A DNA stretch of 64,000 nt from an uncultured Candidatus Binatia bacterium (GTDB lineage Bacteria > Desulfobacterota > Binatia > UBA9968 > JAJDTQ01): contig OZ251459.1 in assembly GCA_965242525.1 (NCBI GenBank), positions 896,001-960,000 on the forward strand. Reading direction: 5' to 3'. The notes beneath the pieces are model-generated. The model was not told where the DNA came from. It did no database searches and worked only from the letters and a program-made list of their open reading frames with translations. Position numbers and translations under genes: made by a program. Every line of letters starts with the position of its first letter. The stretch's first letter is position 1. This document shows positions 38,156 through 48,890 of the stretch, piece by piece.

Positions 38156-39211
38156 ATGTGGAGAGCGATCCATAGACCCTTTCTGGTATTGTTGCTGGCC
38201 TGCTTCCTCTACACGGGCCTGGCCGGCTCCGCGGCCGCACAAGACAACTTCTACGAGGGCAAGACCATACGGATCATCGTATGCTGCTCCCCGGGCGGGT
38301 TCTACGACCGCTGGGCGAGGCTGTTCGCCCGCTACCTGGGCAAGTACATACCGGGGGAACCCGACATCATCGTCCAGAACATGCCCGGGGCAGGCTCCCT
38401 GATCGCCGCCAACTACGTCTATAACGTCGCCAGGCAGGACGGCGCCGCCATCGTCATGCCGTTGGCCGGGCTGTACATGGACCAGGTGGTGGGCCGCAAG
38501 GAAGTCCGGTTCGACATGGCCAAGTTCCAGTGGCTGGGCACGCAGGAAGTGAGCCACTCGGTGCTCTTCTGCCGCAGCGACGCGCCGTTCAAGAGCGTCG
38601 ACGACCTGATCCAACGCAAGGAGGACCCGGCCAAGCTCGGCAACACCGGCACCGCGGGCAACAGCTACTTCCTGGGCAAGGTGCTGGAGAAGGCCGTGGG
38701 CGCCAATTTCAACTTCGTCATGGGCTATCCCGGAGGCAGCGAGATCGACTTGGCGGTGGAGCGGGGGGAGGTGGCGTGCCGGGGCATGTCCATCCCGCCC
38801 CACTTCGGACGGGAACCCTACCTGACGTGGCACAAGAAGAAGTTCGTGCGCCAACTGGTCCAGTCCGGGAAGGAGCGGGACCCTCGCCTCAAGGACACCC
38901 CCACCATGGACGAGTTGATGGAGAAGTACGACACCCCCGAGACCCTGCGGGCCATCGCCCGGGTGATCTTCGCCAGCGGCGATTTCGGCCGCCCGTTCGC
39001 GGTGGCGCCGGGGGTCCCCGCAGACCGCGTGAAGCTGCTGCGGACCGCTTACGCCAAGGCGCTGCAGGACCCCGAGTTGCTGGCCGAGGCCAGGAAGGGG
39101 CGCATGGACGTGATGCCGTCCAGCGGCGAGAAGGTGCAGAAGCTGGCCGAGAGCGTGGTGAGCCAACCCGCGGAGGTGGTCGAAGGCGTCAAGCAGTTGC
39201 TGGGGAGGTAG
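38156..39211 (+). CDS. Tripartite tricarboxylate transporter substrate-binding protein TctC
   Basis: FYEGKTIRIIV..SPGGFYD, VQNMPGAGS, GYPG..EI.LAVERGEV. Confidence 0.92.
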   Translation: MWRAIHRPFLVLLLACFLYTGLAGSAAAQDNFYEGKTIRIIVCCSPGGFYDRWARLFARYLGKYIPGEPDIIVQNMPGAGSLIAANYVYNVARQDGAAIVMPLAGLYMDQVVGRKEVRFDMAKFQWLGTQEVSHSVLFCRSDAPFKSVDDLIQRKEDPAKLGNTGTAGNSYFLGKVLEKAVGANFNFVMGYPGGSEIDLAVERGEVACRGMSIPPHFGREPYLTWHKKKFVRQLVQSGKERDPRLKDTPTMDELMEKYDTPETLRAIARVIFASGDFGRPFAVAPGVPADRVKLLRTAYAKALQDPELLAEARKGRMDVMPSSGEKVQKLAESVVSQPAEVVEGVKQLLGR

Positions 39212-39221
39212 CGTTCGAGGA

Positions 39222-40748
39222 ATGATGTTCGACGCCTTCATCGGCGGACTGCTCCACGTCCTCTCCTGGCCGCCCTTCGGCTTCCTGCTGCTGGGCTCCC
39301 TCGTAGGCTTCATCGTGGGCATCCTTCCGGGCCTGGGCGGCTTGGCCACCCTGGCCCTGATGCTCCCCTTCGCCTACAAGATCCAGGAGCCCATCTCGGC
39401 CTTCGCCTTCCTCCTGGGCATGCACGCCATCACCGGCACCACCGGGGACATCACCTCGATCCTCTTCGGCATCCCGGGAGAAGGCACGGCCGCGGCCACC
39501 ATCATGGACGGCTACCCCATGACCAAGAAGGGCGAGGCCGGGCGGGCCATGGGCGCGGCCCTCATGAGCTCGCTGGTGGCGGGGCTCGAAGGCGCGCTGA
39601 TACTGGCCCTGGCCATCCCCATCATGCGTCCGCTGGTGCTGTTCTTCGGCTCCCCCGAGCTGTTCATGCTGGCCATCCTGGGCATCACCTTCATCGCCGC
39701 GCTGAGCGGGTCGTCCCTCACCAAGGGACTCCTGTGCGGCGGCATCGGCCTCATGCTCGCCTCCATCGGGGTGGACCCCCAGACCGGGACCCTGCGTTAC
39801 ACCCTGGGCACGCTCTACCTCTGGGACGGCCTGAGCCTGGGTCCGGTGGTGGTGGGGCTCTTCGCCATCCCCGAGATCATCGACCTAGCGGTCCGGGGCA
39901 CCAGCATCGCGGAGTCCAAGGTCGAGAAGATCACCGGCGTCATGGAGGGGGTCAAGGACACCTTCCGCCACTTCGGGCTGACCATGCGCTGCGGCTTCAT
40001 CGGCGCGTTCATCGGCGCCTTGCCGGGACTGGGCGGCGGCGTCTCCCAGTGGCTGGCCTACGGCCACGCGGTGCAGTCGTCCAAGGACAAGAGCCGCTTC
40101 GGCAAGGGCGCGGTGGAGGGGGTGCTGGGACCCGGCGCGGCCAACAACTCCAGGGAAGGGGGCAACCTGATCCCCACCGTGGCCTTCGGCATCCCCGGCA
40201 GCAGCGCCATGGCCATCCTGCTGGGAGCGTTCCTGATCGTGGGCCTCAACCCCGGCCCGGAGATGCTCACCAAGCACCTGGACGTGACCTTCGCCATGGT
40301 GTGGATCCTGGTGGTGGCCAACGTCGTCACCGCGGGGGCGTGCTTCCTGTTCCTGAACCAGCTCGTGAAGCTCACGTTCGTGCGCGGCCACCTGCTGATA
40401 CCCTTCCTGCTGATGTTCGTCTTCCTGGGCGCGTTCGCCGCCCACAACAACTTCAGCGACATCGTGGTCACGGTCCTGTTCGGGCTGGTGGGATACGTCA
40501 TGGTCCTGTTCCAGTGGCCGCGGCCGCCCTTCGTCCTGGGCCTGGTCCTCGGCAAGATCGTCGAGAACTACCTCTGGATTTCCACCAGCGCGTACGGGGC
40601 GAGCTGGCTGCTGTCGCCCACCGTGGTCTGCATCTTCCTGCTGATCGTCGGCGCCCTGTGGTACTCCGCGTTCCAGGCCAGACGGGGCAGGTCCCTGGAA
40701 GACGACGCGAGGAGGGGCGCCGAAGCCCGGACTCCCGGACGTCCCTGA
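39222..40748 (+). CDS. Tripartite tricarboxylate transporter TctA
   Basis: GILPGLG, SILFGIPG, DGYPM, AANN, FGIPGS, PFVLGLVLG. Confidence 0.94.
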   Translation: MMFDAFIGGLLHVLSWPPFGFLLLGSLVGFIVGILPGLGGLATLALMLPFAYKIQEPISAFAFLLGMHAITGTTGDITSILFGIPGEGTAAATIMDGYPMTKKGEAGRAMGAALMSSLVAGLEGALILALAIPIMRPLVLFFGSPELFMLAILGITFIAALSGSSLTKGLLCGGIGLMLASIGVDPQTGTLRYTLGTLYLWDGLSLGPVVVGLFAIPEIIDLAVRGTSIAESKVEKITGVMEGVKDTFRHFGLTMRCGFIGAFIGALPGLGGGVSQWLAYGHAVQSSKDKSRFGKGAVEGVLGPGAANNSREGGNLIPTVAFGIPGSSAMAILLGAFLIVGLNPGPEMLTKHLDVTFAMVWILVVANVVTAGACFLFLNQLVKLTFVRGHLLIPFLLMFVFLGAFAAHNNFSDIVVTVLFGLVGYVMVLFQWPRPPFVLGLVLGKIVENYLWISTSAYGASWLLSPTVVCIFLLIVGALWYSAFQARRGRSLEDDARRGAEARTPGRP

Positions 40749-40840
40749 GCGCTTCCGGCTCTCCCGCCGGCCGCGGCCGCCGCGTGCGGGATCCCAGCGG
40801 CCCGCAGCGCGCCTCCCGAACGCAGCGCATCTCCCGGAAC

Positions 40841-41722
40841 ATGGTCGCCGTCGCCCTGGCCCTGCTCGCCTCCCTGGCTTTTGCCTGCACCGCGACCCTG
40901 GTCCATCGGGGCGTCCGGCTGCTGGACCCCTTCAGCGGCCTCGTGGTGGACCTCTTCGTCAACTGCGTGCTGTTGTGGCTCTTCGTGCTCGCCTTCCACG
41001 ACCTTTCGGAGCTGTGGGCGGGCGCCAACCTGATATTCGCGGGGTCGGGCCTGGTGGTCCCCGGACTCTTCCGCCTCATGGCCTTCAAGGGGATCGAGCG
41101 GCTGGGGGCCTCCGCGGCCACCGCGGTCCTCAACTCGGCGCCCCTCTTCGCCGTGCTCATGGCCGTGGCGGTCCTGGACGAGCAGCCCGGTCCGGCCAAC
41201 CTCCTGGGCGCGGCGGCGGTGGTCTGCGGACTGGTCTTCCTTTCGTGGAAAGGGGAATCGAGGTCCTGGCGCCCCCGGGACTTGGCGTTTCCGGTGTCGG
41301 GGGCGCTGTTGGCGGCCTTGCGCGACGTCATGGTGCGTCTCGGACTGCTGGCGGGCCCGGCTCCCATGGTGGGCGCCGCGGTCACGGTCGGCACGTCGTT
41401 CCTGACCATGTCCGCGGTCTATTTCCGGGGCCGCGGGACCGCACGGTTGCGTGCTTGCGGGCGGGGCGCGCTGGGCTGCTTCGCCCTGGTCGGGGTCGTG
41501 CACTTCCTGGCCTACTACCTGATGTTCACGGCCTTGGACATGGCCGACGTTGCGGTGGTCTCGCCCCTGGTCCACTGCTTCTCGCTCTTCACCCTGGGGC
41601 TGGCGCCGATGATCCTGGGGGAGTCCGACCCGGTGACCCCGCGCAAGCTCACCGCCGCCTCCATGGTGGTGCTGGGGGTGCTGCTGATCGCGTGGTCCCG
41701 GTGGTCGTCCGGGGGCGCGTGA
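40841..41722 (+). CDS. DMT/EamA family transporter
   Basis: About 10 TM helices in two EamA-like halves (PLFAV..A...L.E; VVSPL...LGE). Confidence 0.85.
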   Translation: MVAVALALLASLAFACTATLVHRGVRLLDPFSGLVVDLFVNCVLLWLFVLAFHDLSELWAGANLIFAGSGLVVPGLFRLMAFKGIERLGASAATAVLNSAPLFAVLMAVAVLDEQPGPANLLGAAAVVCGLVFLSWKGESRSWRPRDLAFPVSGALLAALRDVMVRLGLLAGPAPMVGAAVTVGTSFLTMSAVYFRGRGTARLRACGRGALGCFALVGVVHFLAYYLMFTALDMADVAVVSPLVHCFSLFTLGLAPMILGESDPVTPRKLTAASMVVLGVLLIAWSRWSSGGA

Positions 41723-41732
41723 AGGGCAGGGC

Positions 41733-42299
41733 ATGTGGACGCTGCCGAACCTGCTGAGCCTCTTCCGCATCCTGCTGGTGCCGTTCCTGGCCTACCTGCT
41801 CGCGTTCACCGACCCAGTGTCGTGCGCGCTGGCCGCCCTGGTGTTCGTCGCCGCGTCCGTCACGGACATGCTGGACGGCTACCTCGCCCGCCGGAACGAG
41901 AGCGTGTCCGACTTCGGGAAACTGCTGGATCCCCTGGCCGACAAGCTGCTGGTGGTCACCGCGCTCATCATGCTGGTGGCCGTGGACCGGCCCGGGGACC
42001 TGGACGTGCCCGCGTGGCTGGTGGTGGTCATCGTCGCCCGGGAGGTGGCCGTGACGGTGCTGCGCGGCATCGCCCTGGGCGAGGGCGTGGTCATCCCCGC
42101 GGACGAGCTCGGCAAGTACAAGCTGCTGGCGCAGACCTTCGCTCTGGTGGGGCTGATGCTCCACTACCCGTACCTGGGCATCGACTTCTTCGTCGTGGGC
42201 ATGTACTTCCTCGTGCTCTCCACCGTCCTGGCCGTCTGGTCCGGAGTCCAGTACCACGTCCGTTTCCTGCGCCGGCTGCGCGCGGGGTCCCGGACATAG
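41733..42299 (+). CDS. pgsA: CDP-diacylglycerol--glycerol-3-phosphate 3-phosphatidyltransferase
   Basis: LPNLLS.FRI, TDMLDGYLARR...FGKLLDPLADKLL, RE, GKYK. Confidence 0.95.
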   Translation: MWTLPNLLSLFRILLVPFLAYLLAFTDPVSCALAALVFVAASVTDMLDGYLARRNESVSDFGKLLDPLADKLLVVTALIMLVAVDRPGDLDVPAWLVVVIVAREVAVTVLRGIALGEGVVIPADELGKYKLLAQTFALVGLMLHYPYLGIDFFVVGMYFLVLSTVLAVWSGVQYHVRFLRRLRAGSRT

Positions 42300-42485
42300 C
42301 CGCCGGCCTCCGGCCGCATGTTCGAACCTTCCGCACAACGACGGCTTGTGGTATCTTTCGACGATGGGCGGACGCGCAAGGATTACGGTCCGTTGCTTCC
42401 ACCTGCGCTGCATGAGGGCGGTCCGAACCCGTCCGTCAACCGGGCCCGGCCAGGCGCACGGAGACGGAGCCACGGGGACAGGATA

Positions 42486-44561
42486 GTGGGCGTGTCGCAA
42501 ACGTCGGTCTTTTTCCGGTCCGGACGCTTCCCCCTGTTGTTGCTGCTGCTCGCGCTGTCCACGTTGTTCCTGTGCAACGTGGACAAGGGATACCTCTACC
42601 GTCCCGGCGTCCATGACTTCCACACCATAATGAATCTGGCGGTAGCCGAGAACCTGTCGCCCGACCACCATTTCCGGTTGTTCCGCTGGCTGCGCCCGGG
42701 ACCGGACGGCGCCCCTGCATACGAGATGTACAGCCGCTTTCCCGTGGGCGGTTACGCACTCATCAAGCTCGCCATCCTCCCCTTCGGAAACGACTTGTCC
42801 GCCAGGATACTGGCTGCCCGAATGCTCATGTTGCTCCTGTTCAGCGCCGCAGCAGTCCTGGCCTTCCACTCCCTCGTCCGCATCACCTCCCGGGGCTGGG
42901 TCGCCCTGGCCGCCACCCTCGCGGCGTTCTCCTCCTACTACATGCTGTTCCACGGCGACTCGGTTTCCGTGGAGGTCAGCGTGGACCTGTTCGCGGTCCT
43001 GCTGGCCTTCCACGGCATGGTGGTGTTCGTGCAGGAGGGACGGTTCCGGCAGTTGCTGGCCAAGACCTTGGTTGCGCTGCTGCTGGGATGGCACGTGTAC
43101 GCCTTCCTGCTGCCGTTCATCCTCCTGGGTCTGGGGAGCGAGGCAGTCCGTGCCTGGAAGGACGGGACCGCGTTGTGGCCTCGTGTGCGCTCGGTGGGGG
43201 CGGCGGTGCTGCGTAGCCGCTACACGGCCCTTGGCCTGGCCGCGCTGCTGTTCGGCTCGGCGGTCCTGGGCTTCAACTTCGCCAACGAGTACGCCGCGTT
43301 CGGGGGAGAAACCGCGGTGACCGAACTGCCGTCGTTCGAGTCCATGCTCAGGCGCACCGGACTGGGCCAGGACTCTGCCTCCGTCGGATGGTGGCTGCAC
43401 TTCCTGCGAGGGCAGTTCTATCCTGTCCGCGTGGCGTCGGTTCCCCTGGTGCTGGCCGACTGGGGCGCCGGTTTGCGGGGGTGGTTCCCCTCGGTTCCCT
43501 ATTCGGGGTCCGGCTTTTCGGGGCCGGAGTTGTCGCTTTACCTCCTGTTGTTGCTGCTGTCGGTGGCCGCAGCCGCGGTCGTGGTCCGGCTTGCGAGGCG
43601 GCTGTTGCCCCGGCGGCGCCGAATGCCGTTGGCCATCCTTGGCCTGTCGGGGTTCTTCTGGGCCCTGCCCATGCGCCATAACGTCGTATATTTCGGCCAC
43701 GACCACGAGGCGGTGTACTACGTGGGCGTGCCGCTGGTGTTGTACTCACTGCTCCTTTTGTACGTCCACAAGCGCTGGGGGCATGGTCCGGTGGTCGGCT
43801 TCGCAGTTGCGGCGCTGCTCGCCTTCGTGGTCTCCGCCTTCCAGGTGTACCAGCGCTGGATCCCTGACGCCCGGGCGGCGGAGGTCCAGCGCACCGCCAT
43901 GTCCGAACTCGGGGCCATCCGCGAAACCACCCGGGGAAAGGTGGTCCTGGTCCTCGAATCCGTCGAACCGGGATGGCTTACGCAGGTCTCACGGCTGCAC
44001 TACGCATGGAATTACTACCTCGCCGGAAGCATCCCGATATACGCTCGCGACGTGGAAGCGGGCGCCCGCGCCGCGGACTTCATCGTCACCCCTGACCGCG
44101 TGGAGAGCGGCGCCCTGCTCACCCCCGGGAACGAACGGGTGTTCCTGTATGGTCTCGCAGGTATCGACGATCTGGTGGAGTCGTACCGGGCCGCTTACCG
44201 GCAGGTGGTGTCCTCCGGAGACCCTGCTGCGCACTCGCACTTCGACGTCTATCTCGGTGACGGCGTGCTGACCTTCGTCAGGGGACCTTGCGTCGGGGAG
44301 GATGTGAGATACTGGATCTTCCTGAGGGCGGTCCCGGAAGACCTGAAGGACCTGCCCGGGTGGCGCCGCCTGCAAGCCGGCTCCGACCACCTCGCCTTCC
44401 ACTCCACCGCGTTGCCCATGCTGTTCGAGGAGAAGTGTATGGCTGTCCTTCCACTCCCCGATTACCCCGTCTCCCGCATCAGGGCGAGACAGAAGCTGCC
44501 CCCATCCCGTGACGGTTCCCATCGACAGGGCTGGAACGTGGAGATACCGGCGGGCGGGTAG
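42486..44561 (+). CDS. GT-C-like (ArnT/PMT-type) polytopic membrane protein with C-terminal soluble domain, copy 1
   Basis: TM1, AENLS loop, YSRFP, ARML, about 10-11 TMs, HDHE, C-terminal domain with 2 Cys; start uncertain (GTG 42486; frame open from 42318). Confidence 0.75.
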   Translation: MGVSQTSVFFRSGRFPLLLLLLALSTLFLCNVDKGYLYRPGVHDFHTIMNLAVAENLSPDHHFRLFRWLRPGPDGAPAYEMYSRFPVGGYALIKLAILPFGNDLSARILAARMLMLLLFSAAAVLAFHSLVRITSRGWVALAATLAAFSSYYMLFHGDSVSVEVSVDLFAVLLAFHGMVVFVQEGRFRQLLAKTLVALLLGWHVYAFLLPFILLGLGSEAVRAWKDGTALWPRVRSVGAAVLRSRYTALGLAALLFGSAVLGFNFANEYAAFGGETAVTELPSFESMLRRTGLGQDSASVGWWLHFLRGQFYPVRVASVPLVLADWGAGLRGWFPSVPYSGSGFSGPELSLYLLLLLLSVAAAAVVVRLARRLLPRRRRMPLAILGLSGFFWALPMRHNVVYFGHDHEAVYYVGVPLVLYSLLLLYVHKRWGHGPVVGFAVAALLAFVVSAFQVYQRWIPDARAAEVQRTAMSELGAIRETTRGKVVLVLESVEPGWLTQVSRLHYAWNYYLAGSIPIYARDVEAGARAADFIVTPDRVESGALLTPGNERVFLYGLAGIDDLVESYRAAYRQVVSSGDPAAHSHFDVYLGDGVLTFVRGPCVGEDVRYWIFLRAVPEDLKDLPGWRRLQAGSDHLAFHSTALPMLFEEKCMAVLPLPDYPVSRIRARQKLPPSRDGSHRQGWNVEIPAGG

Positions 44562-44584
44562 TCCCTGCCGGCTAGAACCATCTC

Positions 44585-46747
44585 ATGGAGGGTACAGGAA
44601 AGTTATCCATGAAACGTCCATCTTCGAAAGGGGGAGACGGACCACCCGAGCACCCTTCCCGGAATTTCCGATCCGGACGCTTCCCCCTGTTGCTGCTGCT
44701 GCTCGCGCTGTCCACGTTGTTCCTGTGCAACCTGGACAAGGGATACTTGTACCGTCCCGGCGAGCATAACTTGAATACCGTAATCAACCTGACGATCGCC
44801 GAGAGCCTGTCGCCCGACCACCATTTCCGGTTGTTCCAGGGGTGGTACATGGAACCGGACGGCGCCCCCACGTACCATATGTACAGCCGCTTTCCCATGG
44901 GCGTATACGTACTCATCAAGCTCGCCATCCTCCCCTTCGGAAACGACCTGTCCGCCAAGATCCTGGCCGCCCGGATGCTCATGTTGCTCCTGTTCAGCGC
45001 CGCTGCGCTCCTGGCCTTCCACTCCCTCGCCCGCATCACTTCCCGGGGCTGGGTCGCCCTGGCCGCCACCCTCGCGGCGTTCTCCTCCTACTACATGCTG
45101 TTCTACGGCGACGCGGTTTACAACGAGGTCAGCGTGGACCTGTTCGCGGTCCTGCTGGCCTTCCACGGCATGGTGGTGTTCGTGCAGGAGGGACGGTTCC
45201 GGCAGTTGCTGGCCAAGACCTTGGTTGCGCTGCTGCTGGGGTGGCACGTGTACGCCTTCCTGCTGCCGTTCATCCTCCTGGGTCTGGGGAGCGAGGGGGT
45301 CCGTGCCTGGAAGGACGGAACTACGTTGTGGCCGCGTGTGCGTTCTGCCGGGGCAGCGGTGCTGCGCAGCCGCTATACGGCCCTTGGCCTGGCCGCGCTG
45401 CTGTTTGGCGCTGCGGTCCTGAGCTTCAACTTCGCCAACGAGTACACCGCGTTCGAGGGGCAGAAGCCAGTGACCGAACTGCCGTCGTTCCGGTCCATGC
45501 TCAGGCGCACCGGACTGGACCGGGACTCCGCCTCCGTCGGATGGTGGCTGCACTTCCTGCGAGGGCAGTTCTATCGTGTCCGCGTGGCCTCGGTTCCCCT
45601 GGCGTTGACCGACTGGGGCGCCGGTTTGCGGGGGCGGTTCCCCTCGGTTCCCTTTTCGGAGTCTGGCTTTTCGGGGCCGGAATTGTCGCTTTACCTCCTG
45701 TTGTTGCTGCTGGCGGTGGCCGCAGCCGCGGTCGTGGTCCGGCTTGCGGGGCCGCTGTTGGCCCGACGACACCACATGCTGTTGGCCGCCCTTGGCCTGT
45801 CGGGGTTCTTCTGGGCCCTGCCCATGCGTCATAACGTCGCGCCTCTCATCCACGACCACGAGGCGGTGTACTACGTGGGCGTGCCGCTGGTGTTGTACTC
45901 ACTGCTGCTGTTGTACGTCCACAAGCGCTGGGGGCATGGTCCGGTGGTCGGCTTCGCAGTTGCGGCGCTGCTCGCCTTCGTGGTCTCCGCCTTCCAGATG
46001 TACCAGCGATGGATACCTGACGCCCGGGCGGCGGAGATCCAGCGAACCGCCATGTCCGAACTCGGGGCCATCCGCGAAACCACCCGGGGGAAGGTGGTCC
46101 TGGTGATCGAGTCCGTCGAGCCGGGATGGTCCGCGCAGGTCACACGGCCGCGCCACGCATGGAGATACTACCTCGCCGGAAGCATCCTGATATACGCCCG
46201 CGACGTGGAGGCGGGCGCCCGCGCCGCGGACTTCATCGTTACCCGCGACCGGGTGGAGAGCGGCGCCCTGCTCACCCCCGGGAACGAACGGGTGTTCCTG
46301 TACGGTCCCGCAGGTATCGACGACCTGGTGGAGTCGTACCGGGCGGCTTACCGGCAGGTGGTGTCCTCCGGGGATCCTGCGGCGCGTTCCCACTTCGACG
46401 TCTATCTCGGCGACGAAGCGCTGACCTTCGTCAGGGAGCCTTGCGTCCGGGAGGATGTGAGATACGGGATGGTCATGAGCGCGGTTCCGGAAGACCTGAA
46501 GGACCTGCCCGGATGGCACCGCCTGCGATACGCCTCCGACCACCTCATCTTCAAGTCCACCGCGTTGCCCATGCTGTTCGATGGGAAGTGCATCGCCGTC
46601 CTTCCACTCCCCGATTACCCCGTCTCCCGCATCAGGGTAAAACAGGCGCTACACCGATCCCGTGACAGTTCCTATCGACGCGGCTGGAACGGCTGGAACG
46701 TGGAGATACGGGCGAGCCGGTGGCCGGGGCCATCCCATGGAGGGTAA
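44585..46747 (+). CDS. GT-C-like membrane protein, copy 2
   Basis: Intact 720-aa paralog; true start may be the downstream MKR ATG. Confidence 0.75.
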   Translation: MEGTGKLSMKRPSSKGGDGPPEHPSRNFRSGRFPLLLLLLALSTLFLCNLDKGYLYRPGEHNLNTVINLTIAESLSPDHHFRLFQGWYMEPDGAPTYHMYSRFPMGVYVLIKLAILPFGNDLSAKILAARMLMLLLFSAAALLAFHSLARITSRGWVALAATLAAFSSYYMLFYGDAVYNEVSVDLFAVLLAFHGMVVFVQEGRFRQLLAKTLVALLLGWHVYAFLLPFILLGLGSEGVRAWKDGTTLWPRVRSAGAAVLRSRYTALGLAALLFGAAVLSFNFANEYTAFEGQKPVTELPSFRSMLRRTGLDRDSASVGWWLHFLRGQFYRVRVASVPLALTDWGAGLRGRFPSVPFSESGFSGPELSLYLLLLLLAVAAAAVVVRLAGPLLARRHHMLLAALGLSGFFWALPMRHNVAPLIHDHEAVYYVGVPLVLYSLLLLYVHKRWGHGPVVGFAVAALLAFVVSAFQMYQRWIPDARAAEIQRTAMSELGAIRETTRGKVVLVIESVEPGWSAQVTRPRHAWRYYLAGSILIYARDVEAGARAADFIVTRDRVESGALLTPGNERVFLYGPAGIDDLVESYRAAYRQVVSSGDPAARSHFDVYLGDEALTFVREPCVREDVRYGMVMSAVPEDLKDLPGWHRLRYASDHLIFKSTALPMLFDGKCIAVLPLPDYPVSRIRVKQALHRSRDSSYRRGWNGWNVEIRASRWPGPSHGG

Positions 46748-48890
46748 AGGAAAGCTGTCCATGAAACGTCCATCCTCGAAAGGGGAGGACGGACCACCCG
46801 TGTACCCCTCCCGGAATCTCCGGTCCGGACGCTTCCCCCTGCTGTTGCTGCTGCTTGCGCTGTCCACGTTGTTCCTGTGCAACGTGGACAAGGGATACCT
46901 CTACCGTCCCAACCTCCATGACTTCAACACCATAAGGAACCTGGCGATGGCCGAGAACCTGTCGCCAGACCACCATTTCCGGTTGTTTCTCCAGCGGTTC
47001 ACGAGACCGGGCGGCGCCCCCACATACGAGATGTACAGCCGCTTTCCCGTGGGCGGATACGCACTCATCAAGCTCGCCATCCTCCCCTTCGGAAACGACC
47101 TGTCCGCCAGGATCCTCGCCGCCCGAATGCTCATGTTGCTGTTGTTCAGCGCCGCTGCGCTCCTGGCCTTCCACTCCCTCGTCCGCATCACCTCCCGGGG
47201 CTGGGTCGCCCTGGCCGCCACCCTTGCGGCGTTCTCCTCCTACTACATGCTGTTCTACGGCGACGTGGTTTCCGTGGAGGGCAGCGTGGACCTGTTCGCG
47301 GTCCTGCTGGCCTTCCACGGCATGGTGGTGTTCGTGCAGGAGGGACGGTTCCGGCAGTTGCTGGCCAGGACCTTCGTTGCGCTGCTGCTGGGATGGCACG
47401 TGTACGCCTTCCTGCTGCCGTTCCTCCTCCTGGGCCTGGGGAGCGAGGCAGTCCGGGCGTGGAAGGACGGAACCGCGGCGTGGTCCCGTGTGCGCTTCAC
47501 CGGGGCGGCGGTGCTGCGCAGCCGCTACACGGCCCTTGGCTTGGCCGCACTGCTGTTCGGCGCTGCGGTCCTGGGCTTCAACTTCGCCAACGAGTACACC
47601 GCGTTCGAGGGGCAGAAGCCGGTGACCGAACTGCCGTTGTTCGACTCCATCCTCATGCACACCGGACTGGACCGGGACTCCGTCTCCGCCGGATGGTGGC
47701 TGCAGTTCCTGCGAAAGCAGTTCTCTCGTGTCCGCATGGCGTCGGTTCCCCTGGTGCTGGCCGACTGGGGCGCCGGTTTGCGGGGATGGTTCCCCTCGGT
47801 TCCCTATTCGGGGTCCGGGTTTTCGGGGCCGGAGTTGTCGCTTTACCTCCTGTTGTTGCTGCTGGCGGTGGCCGCAGCCGCGGTGGTGGTCCGGCTTGCG
47901 AGGCGGTTGTTGCCCCGACGGCGCCAAATGCCGTTGGCCGTCCTTGGCCTGTCAGGGTTCTTCTGGGCCCTGCCCATGCGCCATACCGTCGTACACCTAT
48001 CCCACGACCATGAGGCGGTGTACTACGTGGGTGTTCCGCTGGTGTTGTACTCACTGCTCCTGTTGTACGTCCACAAGCGCTGGGGGCATGGTCCGGTGGT
48101 CGGCTTCGCAGTTGCGGCGCTGCTCGCCTTCGTGGTCTCCGCCTTCCAGATGTACCAGCGATGGATCCCTGACGCCCGGGTGGCCGAGGTCCAGCGCACC
48201 GTCATGTCCGAACTCGGGGCCATCCGCGAAACCACCCGGGGGAAGGTGGTCCTGGTCCTCGATTCCGTCGAGCCGGGATGGCTCACGCAGGTCAGACCGC
48301 CGCCCGCATGGAATTACTACTTCGCGGGAAGCATCCTGACATACGCCCGCGACGTGGAAGCGGGCGCCCGCGCCGCGGACTTCATCGTCACCCCTGACCG
48401 GGTGGAGAGCGGCGCCCTGCTCACCCCCGGGAACGAATGGATGTTCCTGTATGGTCCCGCAAGTATCGACGACTTGGTGGAGTCGTACCGGGCCGTTTAC
48501 CGGCGGGTGGTGTCCTCCGGGGACCCTGTGGCGCGCTCCCACTTCGACGTCTATCTCGGTGACGACGCGCTGACCTTCGTCAGGGAGCCTTGCGTCCGGG
48601 AGGATGTGAACCGCGGGGTCACCCTGAGGGTGGTCCCGGAAGACCTGAAGGACATGCCCATATGGCGCCGCCTGCTGCAATACATCTCCGACCACGTCGT
48701 CTTCCAGTCCACCCAGTTGCCCATGCTGTTCGAGGAGAAGTGTATCGCTGTGTTTCTATTCCCCGATTTCCCCGTCTCCCGCATCATGGCGATACAGAAT
48801 CCGCGCCTATCCCGTGACAGTTCGCATCGACACGGCTGGAAAGTAGAGATACCGGCGAGCCGGTGGCCGGAGCCATCCCATGGGGGGTAA
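46737..48890 (+). CDS. GT-C-like membrane protein, copy 3
   Basis: Intact paralog; start set at the conserved MEG leader. Confidence 0.75.
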   Translation: MEGKGKLSMKRPSSKGEDGPPVYPSRNLRSGRFPLLLLLLALSTLFLCNVDKGYLYRPNLHDFNTIRNLAMAENLSPDHHFRLFLQRFTRPGGAPTYEMYSRFPVGGYALIKLAILPFGNDLSARILAARMLMLLLFSAAALLAFHSLVRITSRGWVALAATLAAFSSYYMLFYGDVVSVEGSVDLFAVLLAFHGMVVFVQEGRFRQLLARTFVALLLGWHVYAFLLPFLLLGLGSEAVRAWKDGTAAWSRVRFTGAAVLRSRYTALGLAALLFGAAVLGFNFANEYTAFEGQKPVTELPLFDSILMHTGLDRDSVSAGWWLQFLRKQFSRVRMASVPLVLADWGAGLRGWFPSVPYSGSGFSGPELSLYLLLLLLAVAAAAVVVRLARRLLPRRRQMPLAVLGLSGFFWALPMRHTVVHLSHDHEAVYYVGVPLVLYSLLLLYVHKRWGHGPVVGFAVAALLAFVVSAFQMYQRWIPDARVAEVQRTVMSELGAIRETTRGKVVLVLDSVEPGWLTQVRPPPAWNYYFAGSILTYARDVEAGARAADFIVTPDRVESGALLTPGNEWMFLYGPASIDDLVESYRAVYRRVVSSGDPVARSHFDVYLGDDALTFVREPCVREDVNRGVTLRVVPEDLKDMPIWRRLLQYISDHVVFQSTQLPMLFEEKCIAVFLFPDFPVSRIMAIQNPRLSRDSSHRHGWKVEIPASRWPEPSHGG

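Noticed and set aside
42300-42485. tRNA-Gly or att site after pgsA
   Set aside because: No tRNA or integrase seen; the array starts directly.
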